Of a stretch of DNA of 64,000 nt, positions 24,322 to 34,903 are shown in pieces. The translations under genes were made by a program, and so were the position numbers. A model generated the notes under the pieces. The model had not been told where the DNA came from. It saw nothing but the letters and a program-made list of their open reading frames with translations, and searched no databases. Origin of the DNA: Oikopleura dioica (lineage: Eukaryota; Animalia; Chordata); assembly GCA_907165135.1 (NCBI GenBank), contig OU015568.1:14136001-14200000 (forward strand). The letters are read 5' to 3'. Every line of letters begins with the position of its first letter. Position 1 is the stretch's first letter.

Positions 24322-24849
24322 TCATGAGAGCACGAAAAGGTAAACGAGTTCTACTTGATGCTGCTTGTAGACAATATACTCGTTGTATCCCATTTGAGCA
24401 TTGCCGTTTCGAGTCGTGGGTCCTGTGTACACAGTACAGTTATGCCGAGTTTCGGTTCTGCTTGGATAAGTCTGACCGATTGCTTTTACTGAGCCATAAT
24501 TCCCTTGAATTATTTATAGAAAAAGATGAATGGCAAACGATTACCAATTTTATCATGTAGTGTTTTATCACTATTCCGGACTTGCATCTGGTTACCAAGA
24601 GCGACTTTACACAAGAAAAATGTCTTATCAGTGTATCCAGCTGATTTTCCTATGCAATCCGCAAAGTAAATTCCACGCCCAAACAATCCACAGTTAGCTT
24701 TGGAGATGAGAAGACCATTTTTCAAAATTCCAGCGATGTTGCAAATTCTTGATCCATGAACAAGAAGTGTGTTGTTTCCAAGTGCGTTATTGAAGCTGGC
24801 CCTCTCACCCTTTCTTTCAACTCGATAAAGACTCTGAACATTGCGATTC
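24322..24849 (-). CDS. Second PARP catalytic module (two exons), probable alternative 3' end of the PARP gene
   Basis: LYRVERKGE...LLVHGS...GLFGRGIYFAD..KSAGY..FFLCKVALG | SVKAIG...YNEYIVY...LS*; H-Y-E triad intact; GT-AG intron 24504-24544; AATAAA near 24300. No in-frame ATG precedes the domain; a phase-2 acceptor lies at 24850. Confidence 0.8.
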
Positions 24850-24880
24850 CTTTCATGAGAGTGAAAAAATTTATTTTATG

Positions 24881-27072
24881 TCAGTTAAAATTAAATTTGA
24901 GCTTTGCTGCATAAATGATCTCTACTTGAGAGGTTTCGTAAACGATGTATTCGTTGTATTGAAGAATAAACCCACCACCTTGGTAAAGCTAAATCATTAT
25001 TAAAAACAACAACTATATATTGCTTTTACTTTTTGATCAGGATTATTGACTAAATTGCCACATGGAACGGTGCAACCAAAATGACTCTTAGTTGTTGAAG
25101 GGATAAGTTTTCCAAGGGCCTTCACTGAATTATGATTTCCCAGAGTAGCAGGTAGTTGCTCATCGTTTCTGTACAAAACTTTCTCGTTGCCGAGAGCGAC
25201 TTTGCACAGAAACAGGACTTTGATGTTGTCCCTGTTTGATGCTTTTGTATAATTCGCTGATTTGGAAGAACAGTCGGCAAAATAAAGACCCTGGCCATAT
25301 GCCTTTCCATTTGCAACGCCGTTTGGTGCGATTCTAAGGCCTGTCTTCAAGATACTTGCGACAGCAGCACCTGGGCATCCGTGCCAACCAAGAATATCAT
25401 TTCCAATGCTTTTAGCATACTTTTCCCGCTCGCCCTTTCGTGCTACTCTGTAGAGATCGAGGAGCTCTAATGTGTAAGAATTATGAGTAGATCTTTCATT
25501 AGGTGAAAAATCTCATAACAAAAATGACATTCAATTGATATTTTTTCACTCTCCCGTGCGTGTCTGTCACCAGTTGTTGGACGAATTGAAAATCAGCATG
25601 GTTGTTCGGGACATTTTCAAGCTTTGCATTGAGATTCATATACGCGCGAGCTTCTCTTAATTAGAAGAATTCACAAGAAAATTATTTCAAAGTAAGCTTA
25701 CGGTGTAACATTCGAGGGCCCTTTATTTGTCAGCGTTGCAGCAATATTTATCTGTCTTAGAGCCTCTATGAACTCATATTCTTTCTGTAATTTTGCTTTT
25801 ACGAGCTCAATAAACGAACGATTTTGATTGAAAGCAACCAATTAAATAATTTTGAGCATGTCCTTGATTATCAATAATTGGAGCGAAGTTTCCTTTTCCA
25901 AACATATGCGGGATCTGGCTGTAGTACCTGCTGCTTATTCGTTGGAGGTCGCCTTCGGTGCGTCTATTCCTAGATTGAAGAAGATTTTCTATCTGTTTCA
26001 AGTCCCGTTCGCCATTTTTTATCTCATGAAAGCTCACAAAATGGAGTCCTTTCTATTAATTAGGTTCAGAACTACTAATTTTCAAGCCTTTCCTGATCTT
26101 CGCTTAGATATCCAAGGGCAACCTTTTGGGTGTCCAATGCTATGTCATTTGCAGCCTGCTGTAGCATATTCTGATCGCAAATCATTTTCATCAAATCATT
26201 TACTTTCGGTTCAAGCTCTTCTCTCAAGTTGTCATCAACTTTGTCTTCAATTTCGTGGTTTCTGGTGATGACTGTGAACTTTCCATCCATGAAGTCGAAT
26301 CTTAACTTGCTCTGAAACACGATTTTCCTCTTGGACTTACTTTGGGTAATTTGCCCAAATATTTCCAGTTTTACTCTTGAATCTCCGCCCCCAGTAGTAC
26401 TTTGCCTGGCCTATGGAGTCAAATTCTTTCCCTGGCTCCATTGAATCCTGCATATTGTCAATCGAGGAAGTTCGCTCCCAAACCATGTATTTTTCATGAT
26501 CTTTGTGCTTCAAGAGTTGCATGAAGGTGCAAATATTCGCGGCTGTACTAAAAACAAATTAAGTTTATATTTATAATTATTTTCTCACTTGATGTCATTT
26601 TTGACTAGTGTCAAATCATAGGCAATGTGGCCTCTACGCCCCTCTTTCCCTATAAAGACCCTGTAGTTCTTCTGAATAAATCCAGGAGCCCCTTTGTCAA
26701 CCGTATTATTTGAGTTTTGTATCCGTTCATCCTCACAAGCCTCGCACTCCTTCAGATTGATTTGAAAGTTGCATGGAAAATGAGCCGAATGTCCACAATC
26801 ATATTCTTTCTCTACAAAAGCTTGACACGGGCCACAGCCATCACAATCGCCACAAGCTCGATGGCAATTTAATTGCTGCCCACATTCAGGACAACACTTG
26901 TCACAAGGTTGACTGCAAAAAAGAGGTTCATGTCGCTCTCCAGGTCGGTGATATCTTGGGCATCTATGCTCGCAATCAAGCCATCTTTACCTGGGTTAGA
27001 CTTTCTCAAGAAACCAACGAACGCTCAAGTTTCAACCCGGAACCCAGTACATTCTCTCTCGTCGAAGCGCAT
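24881..27072 (-). CDS. PARP (ADP-ribosyltransferase): ZNFX1/NF-X1-like Cys-rich region, WGR, PARP regulatory and catalytic domains
   Basis: Exon 26984-26589 encodes a Cys/His-rich segment in frame with the WGR start (YDLTLVKNDI|N..QLL...F..KTGNIW). Regulatory domain: LGYLSEDQ, RYYSQIPH, EALRQINIA. Catalytic domain: THGSTHNSYTLE, WHG, GLYFAD, YNEYIVY; stop at 24881 then AATAAA. Start at 27072 is tentative. Confidence 0.88.
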
Positions 27073-27429
27073 TTCGCCCGCAGTAGGAAAGGCAAATTAT
27101 TTTTCGCAGATGGAAAGTGCTGAGTAAGACGGGCAAATATTTGATTCAGTTCATACCAGAAGAAGGGAAAATGCGTAAACGCCGAACATGATATTAAAAC
27201 AATGAATCAACTCCAGTGACTCCTCCTTTTTTCAAGTTCAAATTCAAAGCTTTATCATTTTTATTGACCTGCAAATTAAGCTCAGGTTAACCTGCCAAAT
27301 TTATCAAAATAATTGAGACCATAAAGTGAAGGTTTCTTATCATAATTTTATTCTGTGAAAGAAAGCAAGTGAACTGGCAAAGAATATAAATATACAAAAC
27401 AGTAGATATCAACTAGAGGTGTTTTAGAA

Positions 27430-28140
27430 TCAGCAAATAACAACATACTGAGAGAGAATCTTCAACCACTTGAAGTGATCCTTCGTTTCTTTGAGCGAGT
27501 TGGTGCACTCTTCCAATTTGGCAGCGAGGGTTTCGTTCTTGATCTTTTGAGAAGCCAGTTCAATGTTGATCCGCTGGAGTTTGCTTTCCAAAGTGGATTT
27601 TGTCTGGCGCAGCTGGCGGTTCTCTTCCTTGATTTCCTCGTTGTCGGAGATGAGTCGAATGTTGTTTCTGTCGAGTGCGATCTTTTGTGACTTCTCAGAT
27701 CGGAGATTTTCAGTAAGGGTCGCAATTTCGGCTCGGAAGTCGTTGAGTTTTTCTTCATTGACCACTAACTCATCCTTCAGCTCGTCGACTTCCTGGCTTA
27801 GCGCGAAGACCATCTTGAATCCTTCATTTTCAACTCCTTCGACTCTAGTGCTCTCGCAGAATTCCCAAATATCTTCACTGAGGCTCTCTTCAAAATGACT
27901 TTCCACCTGAGACGTTTCCATGATGATTTCCGAAGCACTAGAATTGAGAGACGATCGTTTTTCTAATTCAGAAATGACGGAGCGTTGCATTTCGATGGTT
28001 TCTTGAAGAAGGAAGATTTCGTTTGATAGATCTTTCTTTACATCGTTGAGTTCTTGGGCCAAGTTCTTTGATTTCTCTTGTTCTTTGGCGAGGGCGAGTT
28101 TGAGCTGGAGGACTTCGGTGGTGATGGCGATGGAAGGCAT
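27430..28140 (-). CDS. Intronless coiled-coil protein
   Basis: 236-aa ATG-initiated ORF rich in E/K/L heptads; AATAAA downstream near 27350. Confidence 0.7.
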   Translation of the reverse strand: MPSIAITTEVLQLKLALAKEQEKSKNLAQELNDVKKDLSNEIFLLQETIEMQRSVISELEKRSSLNSSASEIIMETSQVESHFEESLSEDIWEFCESTRVEGVENEGFKMVFALSQEVDELKDELVVNEEKLNDFRAEIATLTENLRSEKSQKIALDRNNIRLISDNEEIKEENRQLRQTKSTLESKLQRINIELASQKIKNETLAAKLEECTNSLKETKDHFKWLKILSQYVVIC

Positions 28141-28984
28141 GTTCTCTTTCGTTATTTTTTTGTCGTAAAAGAAATTTTTCTTTGTTATTTGTTGATTTGA
28201 GCGAGTGATCTGCTTCGAGGAGAAATTTTCGCGTTTTTATCTTATTCGCATCCGCGCTGTGGCGCCAGGAGCCCCACCAGCTGTGATTTTGATTTCGATA
28301 CTGAAATGAAGAAGTTAATGGAAAATGGCGCCTGCTGGCCGATTGATTGCCTTATCGCGTCAACAATCGGGTAATTTACTAATGACATGTGCATATGCGT
28401 AACGGTTAATTACCGGGTGTAAGTTTACGAGCTACCGTGATATCTTTATTAACGCCAAGAATTCGAACTCCTCTCTCTGTTATTTTTCAGAATAACTCAG
28501 AGGAAGAAGAGGAAATAATGGGAAATCAATAACGATAATTTGTTTGGCTTGGCATGAGTAGATTCTAATAAAGGAGTCGAAAAACAACTGTTAGGTAATT
28601 CAAGGTCAAGACAAGAGTGCTTGGGATTATCAAAGAGATCAAAGAAAAGAAAGAAACGAAATGAAAGATACACGTCAATGAAACGAGCTGTGAGAAAGTT
28701 TTTTTTTCTATCTCGAATCGCTAATTTTGCGTCTTTGCATTTTATTTATCGAAGAAATTTAATTTACCTTTTGGTCAACTTTTTCTCTGTCTGAAAAACG
28801 CCTTCAAAAACAGTGTCAAGTTAAAAGGCGGGTAAGTAATGAGCCAATTTCTCTAATATCGATAATTGCATTTAGCCGTTGTGAGTCACCTGACAGCAAA
28901 TATCAGAATAGTGTCGATTCAGCACGCTGCAGGCCAGTTTCTAGCTTCTCATGAGCGTAAAAATGCCCACTACTTAGACTGAGA

Positions 28985-29011
28985 CTCTCTTCCTCTCTCT
29001 CTCTCTCTCTC
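28985..29011. repeat. (CT)n microsatellite
   Basis: ctctcttcctctctctctctctctctc in a non-coding region. Confidence 0.8.
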
Positions 29012-29896
29012 CGGGACAACAAATATTATTAATGGATAGATTGGGTAAAGGTCAATAATTGACCGACCTTTGACAGTCTTGATGGATAAGGAATCGTCGA
29101 TTTTCCATTTTAAAATTCTGGCGCGGTGCTTTTTTTGATCAGCGTCTATTAGAAATGGAACGGAAAATGCACTGAAAAAGATCCCGATCAGATTCTAATT
29201 CGACATTTTAACAGGGCTGAATTTATGAGGTAAAAATAGCTAATGAGGATATTTATGGTAATTGCATCTAACTCTACTGAGGTGTGAAGACTGTGGTGAA
29301 CTGTGAAGGCTGTCCTCTGAGTGATGGATCCTTTCCCTGATAACGATTGATAAGCTGCAGTAAAGCTTCAATATTATAGTACCACGTCTCAGCACCCGTT
29401 CTTTATACGTAGATGACGACTCATTGAGCGCAAAGTCAGGTTCATTTTTTGACCTCAATAAATAAGTCAGATTTTCAAGACGCCTTATTTGAGTTTTTAA
29501 AAATAATCTAATGCTAAGATTTTCGATCAATAAATTTCCTGCTGCTTTTGTTTGACAAAAGTCGCCGATTTCAATATCCGCAAAAATTTCCCACTCACCA
29601 ACTTTAGCGGCTTTGCAAACAGTAAAAAATGAGGCTAATCCGAAGACACTTGGAACAGTGATGACAAGCTATTAACAATCGTAATTGGCGACGGATTGTG
29701 GTTATTACCGTAATCCCCAGCTGTTCTTAAATTGACCTCCTGCGTTGTTCCTGCTGTTTCTGGTAAGGATCCTGAAAATGATTGGGATTCACTTGCTGAC
29801 AGCTTTTCAATCCCTATCACACTTGTGTCTTTCTGTCTAGAATTATATTCTCCTCAAAACTTTTTTTAATAAAAATACAATTTAAAATAGCCGCAT

Positions 29897-30209
29897 TTAT
29901 TTGAATTTCCAAAGGTCTGTGTCTTTGTAAAAAACTGCAATCATCTTTGATTCAATATATCGGTCGCAGTACGAATCTTATTCGGCTTTCAAAAACATGT
30001 TCTAAAATCTTTGTTGAGTTTCCTTTGAAAGCCTGAATTAAATCTTGACTATAATACATCCCCTGAAGACGAGAAAGCAGACCTAAGTTCTCTTGTATTA
30101 TCAAGCTTTTGAAAATAAACTTACCACTAATGCACTTGAATCGTTCTTCAAGAAGATCTAAAGATTTCCCAAGAGCGAAAAATGGGAAGAAAATATTGAA
30201 ACTTTTCAT
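29897..30209 (-). CDS. Small secreted peptide B (tandem paralogue)
   Basis: Three exons give MKSFNIFFPFFALGKSLDLLEERFKCISG|LLSRLQGMYYSQDLIQAFK|DSYCDRYIESKMIAVFYKDTDLWKFK*; second intron is GA-AG (29977-30022). Confidence 0.75.
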
Positions 30210-30292
30210 GATTGGTTTATGAACAGAAAAGCTATTTCGAACCTGCTTATAAACAGAACCTTCTCGCTTAGAACTTATCTGTATTAACAAAG

Positions 30293-30330
30293 TTCTCTAT
30301 GCATATGCTGTGCATATACATAAGTAACAT
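30293..30330 (-). promoter_or_regulatory. Conserved upstream element of peptide gene B (second copy at 30805-30843)
   Basis: ttctctatgcatatgctgtgcatatacataagtaacat, similar to the copy upstream of gene A; TATAAGCA lies between it and the ATG. Confidence 0.55.
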
Positions 30331-30415
30331 CTTATTTGGAGAACATGGTTCTTTTTAAAATACAGTTTTCTAAAAGAACCTCTTGAATAAAGAGTCGGTC
30401 AAGGAGTCGGTTTAT

Positions 30416-30720
30416 TTAGAACTTCCAAAGATCTGTGTCTCTAAAGAAAACAGCCTTCATCTTCGATTCAATGTACCGGTCACAATATTCTTTTTTAGGC
30501 TTTCAAAGAAAAAAATGCACATTCGAGTTTCTTTGGAGAGCCTTAATTAAATCTCCGGGCTGATAGATTCTTTCGAGGCCTTCACCAGTAAGCAGACCTA
30601 AAATCGTCGTTCCGCATTTTTTTCCATATTCTTACCAATAACGCACTTATTGCGTTCTGCAGTAAGATCGAGAGACGACCCAACGGCGAAGAAAAGGAAG
30701 AAAATAGGAAAAGCTTTCAT
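30416..30720 (-). CDS. Small secreted peptide A (tandem paralogue)
   Basis: Three exons give MKAFPIFFLFFAVGSSLDLTAERNKCVIG|LLTGEGLERIYQPGDLIKALQ|KYCDRYIESKMKAVFFRDTDLWKF*; second intron is GA-AG (30490-30531). Not in the ORF track. Confidence 0.75.
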
Positions 30721-30804
30721 GTTTGAAGAAATGAAATGAACTTAAATGTCGTTTTGAGTCTGCTTATATAGAGATAGAATTCGCTTGGAACAGATTGACG
30801 AAAA

Positions 30805-30843
30805 CTCTCTATGCATATACCGTGCATATTCATAAGCAACATT
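30805..30843 (-). promoter_or_regulatory. Conserved upstream element of peptide gene A
   Basis: ctctctatgcatataccgtgcatattcataagcaacat; TATATAAGCA near 30762-30771. Confidence 0.55.
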
Positions 30844-31188
30844 ATGCAGCGTAAGATAAGCCAACTCCATATTCTGGATCTAACTTTTACTTCATGAGAC
30901 CCCCTTTTACTAATAGGCTATTAGGGGCCCCTAAAATTTTCCTGTGTGAGAGTTTCATCATGAAATAATAAAGTGATGGACTTTATCGTCAATATTTTCT
31001 TTTGACTTAGCAGTTGCCAGCAGAATCTATTGTGCTTTTATACAGTCAGCAGAAATGAGTGTTTGTTCTAGACATCTATTGTCAGAAGAGGCCCTTGATC
31101 CGACGTTTCCCATAGTTACCCGCCGACTGGAGTCTCCAGTCACTCCAAAAAAGACGCCAAAATTTCACTTTCAAAATAATATCCAGAG

Positions 31189-31730
31189 ATGATTGATCCG
31201 TCGGGCAGGAGTTTTCACTCCAAAAGCAGCTTTAGAATGGTAAGAATTTCCTTTTTGAAACTCTTATAATCGGCCCTAGGCTCGACAGAAGATTGAAAAC
31301 AGCTACAGAATGGAACCTCTCGAGAAGCCAAATCTAACAGAGACTCTCAAACTCGTCAAGCTTCTGATATCAAAAACGATCACTGAGAAGAATATAAAAG
31401 GTACGACTTACTAGCCTAAACCCGAAGAAAACATTCTCCCAGGGCTTCCAAACGATCCAAAATCATTTCTCGAAGAGCTTTCAAACAACTGCCACGCACT
31501 CGTTCGAAAAACAATGCCTGCTCGTTACCGATTTGTCCTTCAAAACTTTATTATTGAAAGCGATGATCAAAGCACGAATATCCAATCAAGGCACTCAATA
31601 ATCATTATTTATTTGCTTTTAACATTTCAGATGGCTCTGGAATGACGCTCTCGACGATTTCGGGAGCATTTCTGTCAAATGTAGCGGATTTACCATCGTC
31701 ACTGTTCTGCACACTCTTTACCTCGAATAA
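31189..31730 (+). CDS. Tctex1-domain (dynein light chain, TCTEX1D-like) protein
   Basis: Spliced ENSYRMEP...RYRFVLQNFIIE...IQSR|WLWNDALDDFGSISVKCSGFTIVTVLHTLYLE* matches the Tctex-1 fold pattern; last intron is GC-AG (31591-31630). Absent from the ORF track; start uncertain. Confidence 0.8.
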
Positions 31731-31851
31731 AAACTCACTCGATAATTCGAAATCATAATTTCATTAATTTTTATGAACTGTGAGAATACCAAATCAAACA
31801 CGGGCAAACAGGAATAAATAGGAATACAAGGACACGTACTTAGTGATAGAA

Positions 31852-33590
31852 TTAACTGTCAAAGACGATATCGCCTTTTTCGCTCGACTTTCCAGTGATC
31901 CAGGTCTTTTTTCGGCTCTGGGAATTGTAGTACTCTTTGGTTTTAGCTGTGAACACTGGGAGGACTTCTATCAGGTCTTTGGCATTGGATGGGAGGTAAA
32001 TAACGACGTCGGTGCCGTAGTTTTGAAGGCTTTGAATCACTACGTCTCCGCCGAGATATCTATCAAACGGGTCAGTAATCGAAGGACTAGAAGTAACTTT
32101 ACCTAGCGTAAACTGCAGCGAGAGGAATTCCGTAGCCATAGCCAGCGAGGGGCTCTACGAGGGGCATTTTAGAAGTGGACTGTTCAGGCGGCTTGGTATA
32201 AAGATATGCTCCCCATTTTGCTTGCTCCCGGAGTGACGCACCTTTTCCTTTGTCTAAAATTTCATTTGAATTATTGATTCTAATGAGGGTTGGTATCATA
32301 CCAGAGATTTTGATGGTCACATTATCGTTCGCCCTAGAAATGATTATTTCCACTGGCGGAAGATCGGGGTTGTTTTCGACTGTTGCTCTCACTGCGTTTC
32401 GTATCAATTCGGCGCAGATTTGCTCGAGATGAGAGGGGATGAAGATTGTGTTGATTTGAGAGTCGTTGGTCGCTTTTCCCATGTCGAATTCGGTTATTTT
32501 TACTGATGGGCTCTTCCCGTAGTACTTTTTGCATTCTGTTTCAATTTTCAAAGCTGAACTCTTTTTTAACAAATCTTTAGCGTATTTTTACCGATTTTTC
32601 GAATTTCTTTTGTAACATTGGTACGCTGAACTGTCTCCCGTTTCTGTCGATCACTATTCATGCCAAGGATAAGAACTGAAAATGACAGTTACTCATCTAG
32701 CCCAAAGTAAAATCATTCGACCTGGATTTCGGTGAAAGCACACGACGACTACACGCGTAAATGGTTAGATAACTGTAACTGGAAGCATGCAGTAAGCGAT
32801 TTAACTGAGTTTTTCGCAAATAAGACTGGTTCATTCCAACTCTTATTAGCAAATTGTTGCAAAACGACTTACGATGCTGGTGAATGATTAAATTAGTAGA
32901 AACAAGCGTTGTAAAATAACGGTCTAAAAAGTAATGCACCTAAACAAAATGAGTAACTACGGATAAGACTCGATTTATTTCTCACTTTTTCCTCGGCATC
33001 GTCGAGGTCAAAAGTCGTCAACCCTTTCTCGGCCATTTCTAGTTGTTCGTCTTTAAACTCAAGAATGGCCAACGCAACTTCGTCTACTGCAGTTCTGTGT
33101 CGATGGATGTAATCTTCTAGTTTACTGTTGAACTGAAAGAAAAGCTGGGAAAAGAACGAGGATTTTTTATACCTTGGAAATGACGTTTTCGGTTGCTGGT
33201 TGATCTGCGAATGGGAGAAGATTCTCCAGCGTTTCTTGAATCATGTTCTTTACTTCGAGCATCAATGGAGACGGTTTTTCAATAGGAAGAGCGTTTATTT
33301 CTGCGAATGTTTGCATCCATCGCGTCGGCAATTCTTGCTTCAAGAATTCAAACGATTTCTCGACGCTATTTTTGTCGGCTAAAATGGCTTGAGCTTTTGA
33401 AGTTTCGTTCTGCTTACCAAAAAGAAGGAGGTCATCAGCGGAAAGAGGTCTCGGAACGAAGTTGCTGTACTTTTCCTGCAAATAAATAGGTTTATTCTGA
33501 ACGGTTAAATTAGCCACCCAAAACACCCGAATACTATACCACCGTTCCGCTGCCCAGTCTTCTGGCGAAAACTCTCAAATTTGAGGCCAT
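31852..33590 (-). CDS. PDK: Pyruvate dehydrogenase kinase family protein (mitochondrial)
   Basis: Presequence-like MASNLRVFARRLGS; FVPRPLS; YFLDRYF; ELIRNAVRATVE (N box); ISDKGKG (G1); LAGYGYGIPLAAVYARYLGGD (G2); GTDVVIYL. Confidence 0.88.
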
Positions 33591-33839
33591 GATTAAAATT
33601 TTGAATTTCAAAAAGCCGTTTTTTATAATATCGATTCTAAGAGCATCTTTTCGAGGAAGACAAGACGAAAAACACCACACAGATTGTAGCCAATTGTCGA
33701 TCGAGATCAAAGGTTTCTTCTGAAAAACTGGAAAGAACCGGTTAGTTCCTGCTTAAAATTTCTAGGAAGTTTTAGCTTCAGGCAAAACTTGGCAAATCTA
33801 TTGATACAAAAGTGAATAAATACAGTAAGTACAGAAGGA

Positions 33840-34384
33840 TTAGGAGCTCTTTGCAAAACTCTCCTCAGATTGCGTGTAGATTTTACCATCTTCAGATCTA
33901 AAAACGAGTTATGTAATTTATTTTAAAATAAAATAAAGTGGCAATCACCTCAGTTCCGCCGACATAAACGCCATCGCTCGGCCGCCCTTGACGACCTTCG
34001 CATGAACCAAAAAACTATCTGTATCGGAAGAAATTCCATTCAGATAGGACACGGAAAAGTTTAACGAGTTGACATCTTCTTTATCGAAATCGGAGGCGAG
34101 GGCGGTCATGACGGAGTCGAGAATGTAGCTCATTCTACCGCCGTGAACGTTTCCCATTGGATTCAGATCCAGGTCTTTGTTGAGTTTATATTCAAGCGTG
34201 ATTTCATCGGAAGAGACGGACAGAGGAGTCATGTTTTGGTAGGTCAAAGATTCGATTGTTGATGGATTCGCCGTTCGGTTTCTGGAAAGAGCAAATCATA
34301 AAATGAAACATTTCTTCGATGGTTTCCAAAATAATGAAATGGTAAGGGACGATTGAAGGAGAACTCTTACTGTTTCGATATCAT
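33840..34384 (-). CDS. ACOT13: Hotdog-fold acyl-CoA thioesterase (ACOT13/THEM2-like)
   Basis: NPMGNVHGG...ILD...SLNFSVSYL...AKVVKGGRAMAF PaaI/ACOT13 pattern; three exons with GT-AG introns. Confidence 0.75.
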
Positions 34385-34903
34385 TGTCGGGAGTAGCTGT
34401 AGGTTTCAAAAATCATTTTTTCTATACGACCAAACGACTATCCCGACGAAATGAACTCAACTAGAAGCTTTACTGATTATGATTATTCTTTACGGATGAT
34501 CACCTTACGAACTGATTGACGGAGCTCATTGAGCTCCATCTGATAATTCTTCTACTCGCCAAATTTACTCTATTCATTGTTCTTTTCCCGTTCTCTGGCT
34601 ACGTCAAAAAACTGTACTTTCTGCTGTCTGGCGCTGATTGGTCGCTCGTTGGAAATCCAAATTCGCCATTGGCGCGCAGCGGATAATCTTTATTTCTTTT
34701 TGGAGAATTTTAGAGAAAATAAAGGGTTGAAGAAGGAAGAAAGAGTGAAAAGAAGATTTCGACTAGATGAGCAATGGGAAGACGGGATCGCCTATTGTCA
34801 AGGCTAGACAGGAACAGTGAAATAAGCTTCTGAACTATTAGAAAGTTAGAATTGCTTTATTTTTATATATTCTATCATCTTCTTTTTCACTTTATAAAAG
34901 ACT

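Noticed and set aside
23964-24322. PARP-TRPM fusion protein (chanzyme)
   Set aside because: Both PARP modules end in stop codons followed by AATAAA, and in-frame stops precede the TRPM ATG; no bridging exon was found.
26773-27127. Plus-strand ORFs opposite the PARP 5' region
   Set aside because: Antisense shadows; the minus-strand Cys-rich frame joins the WGR domain.
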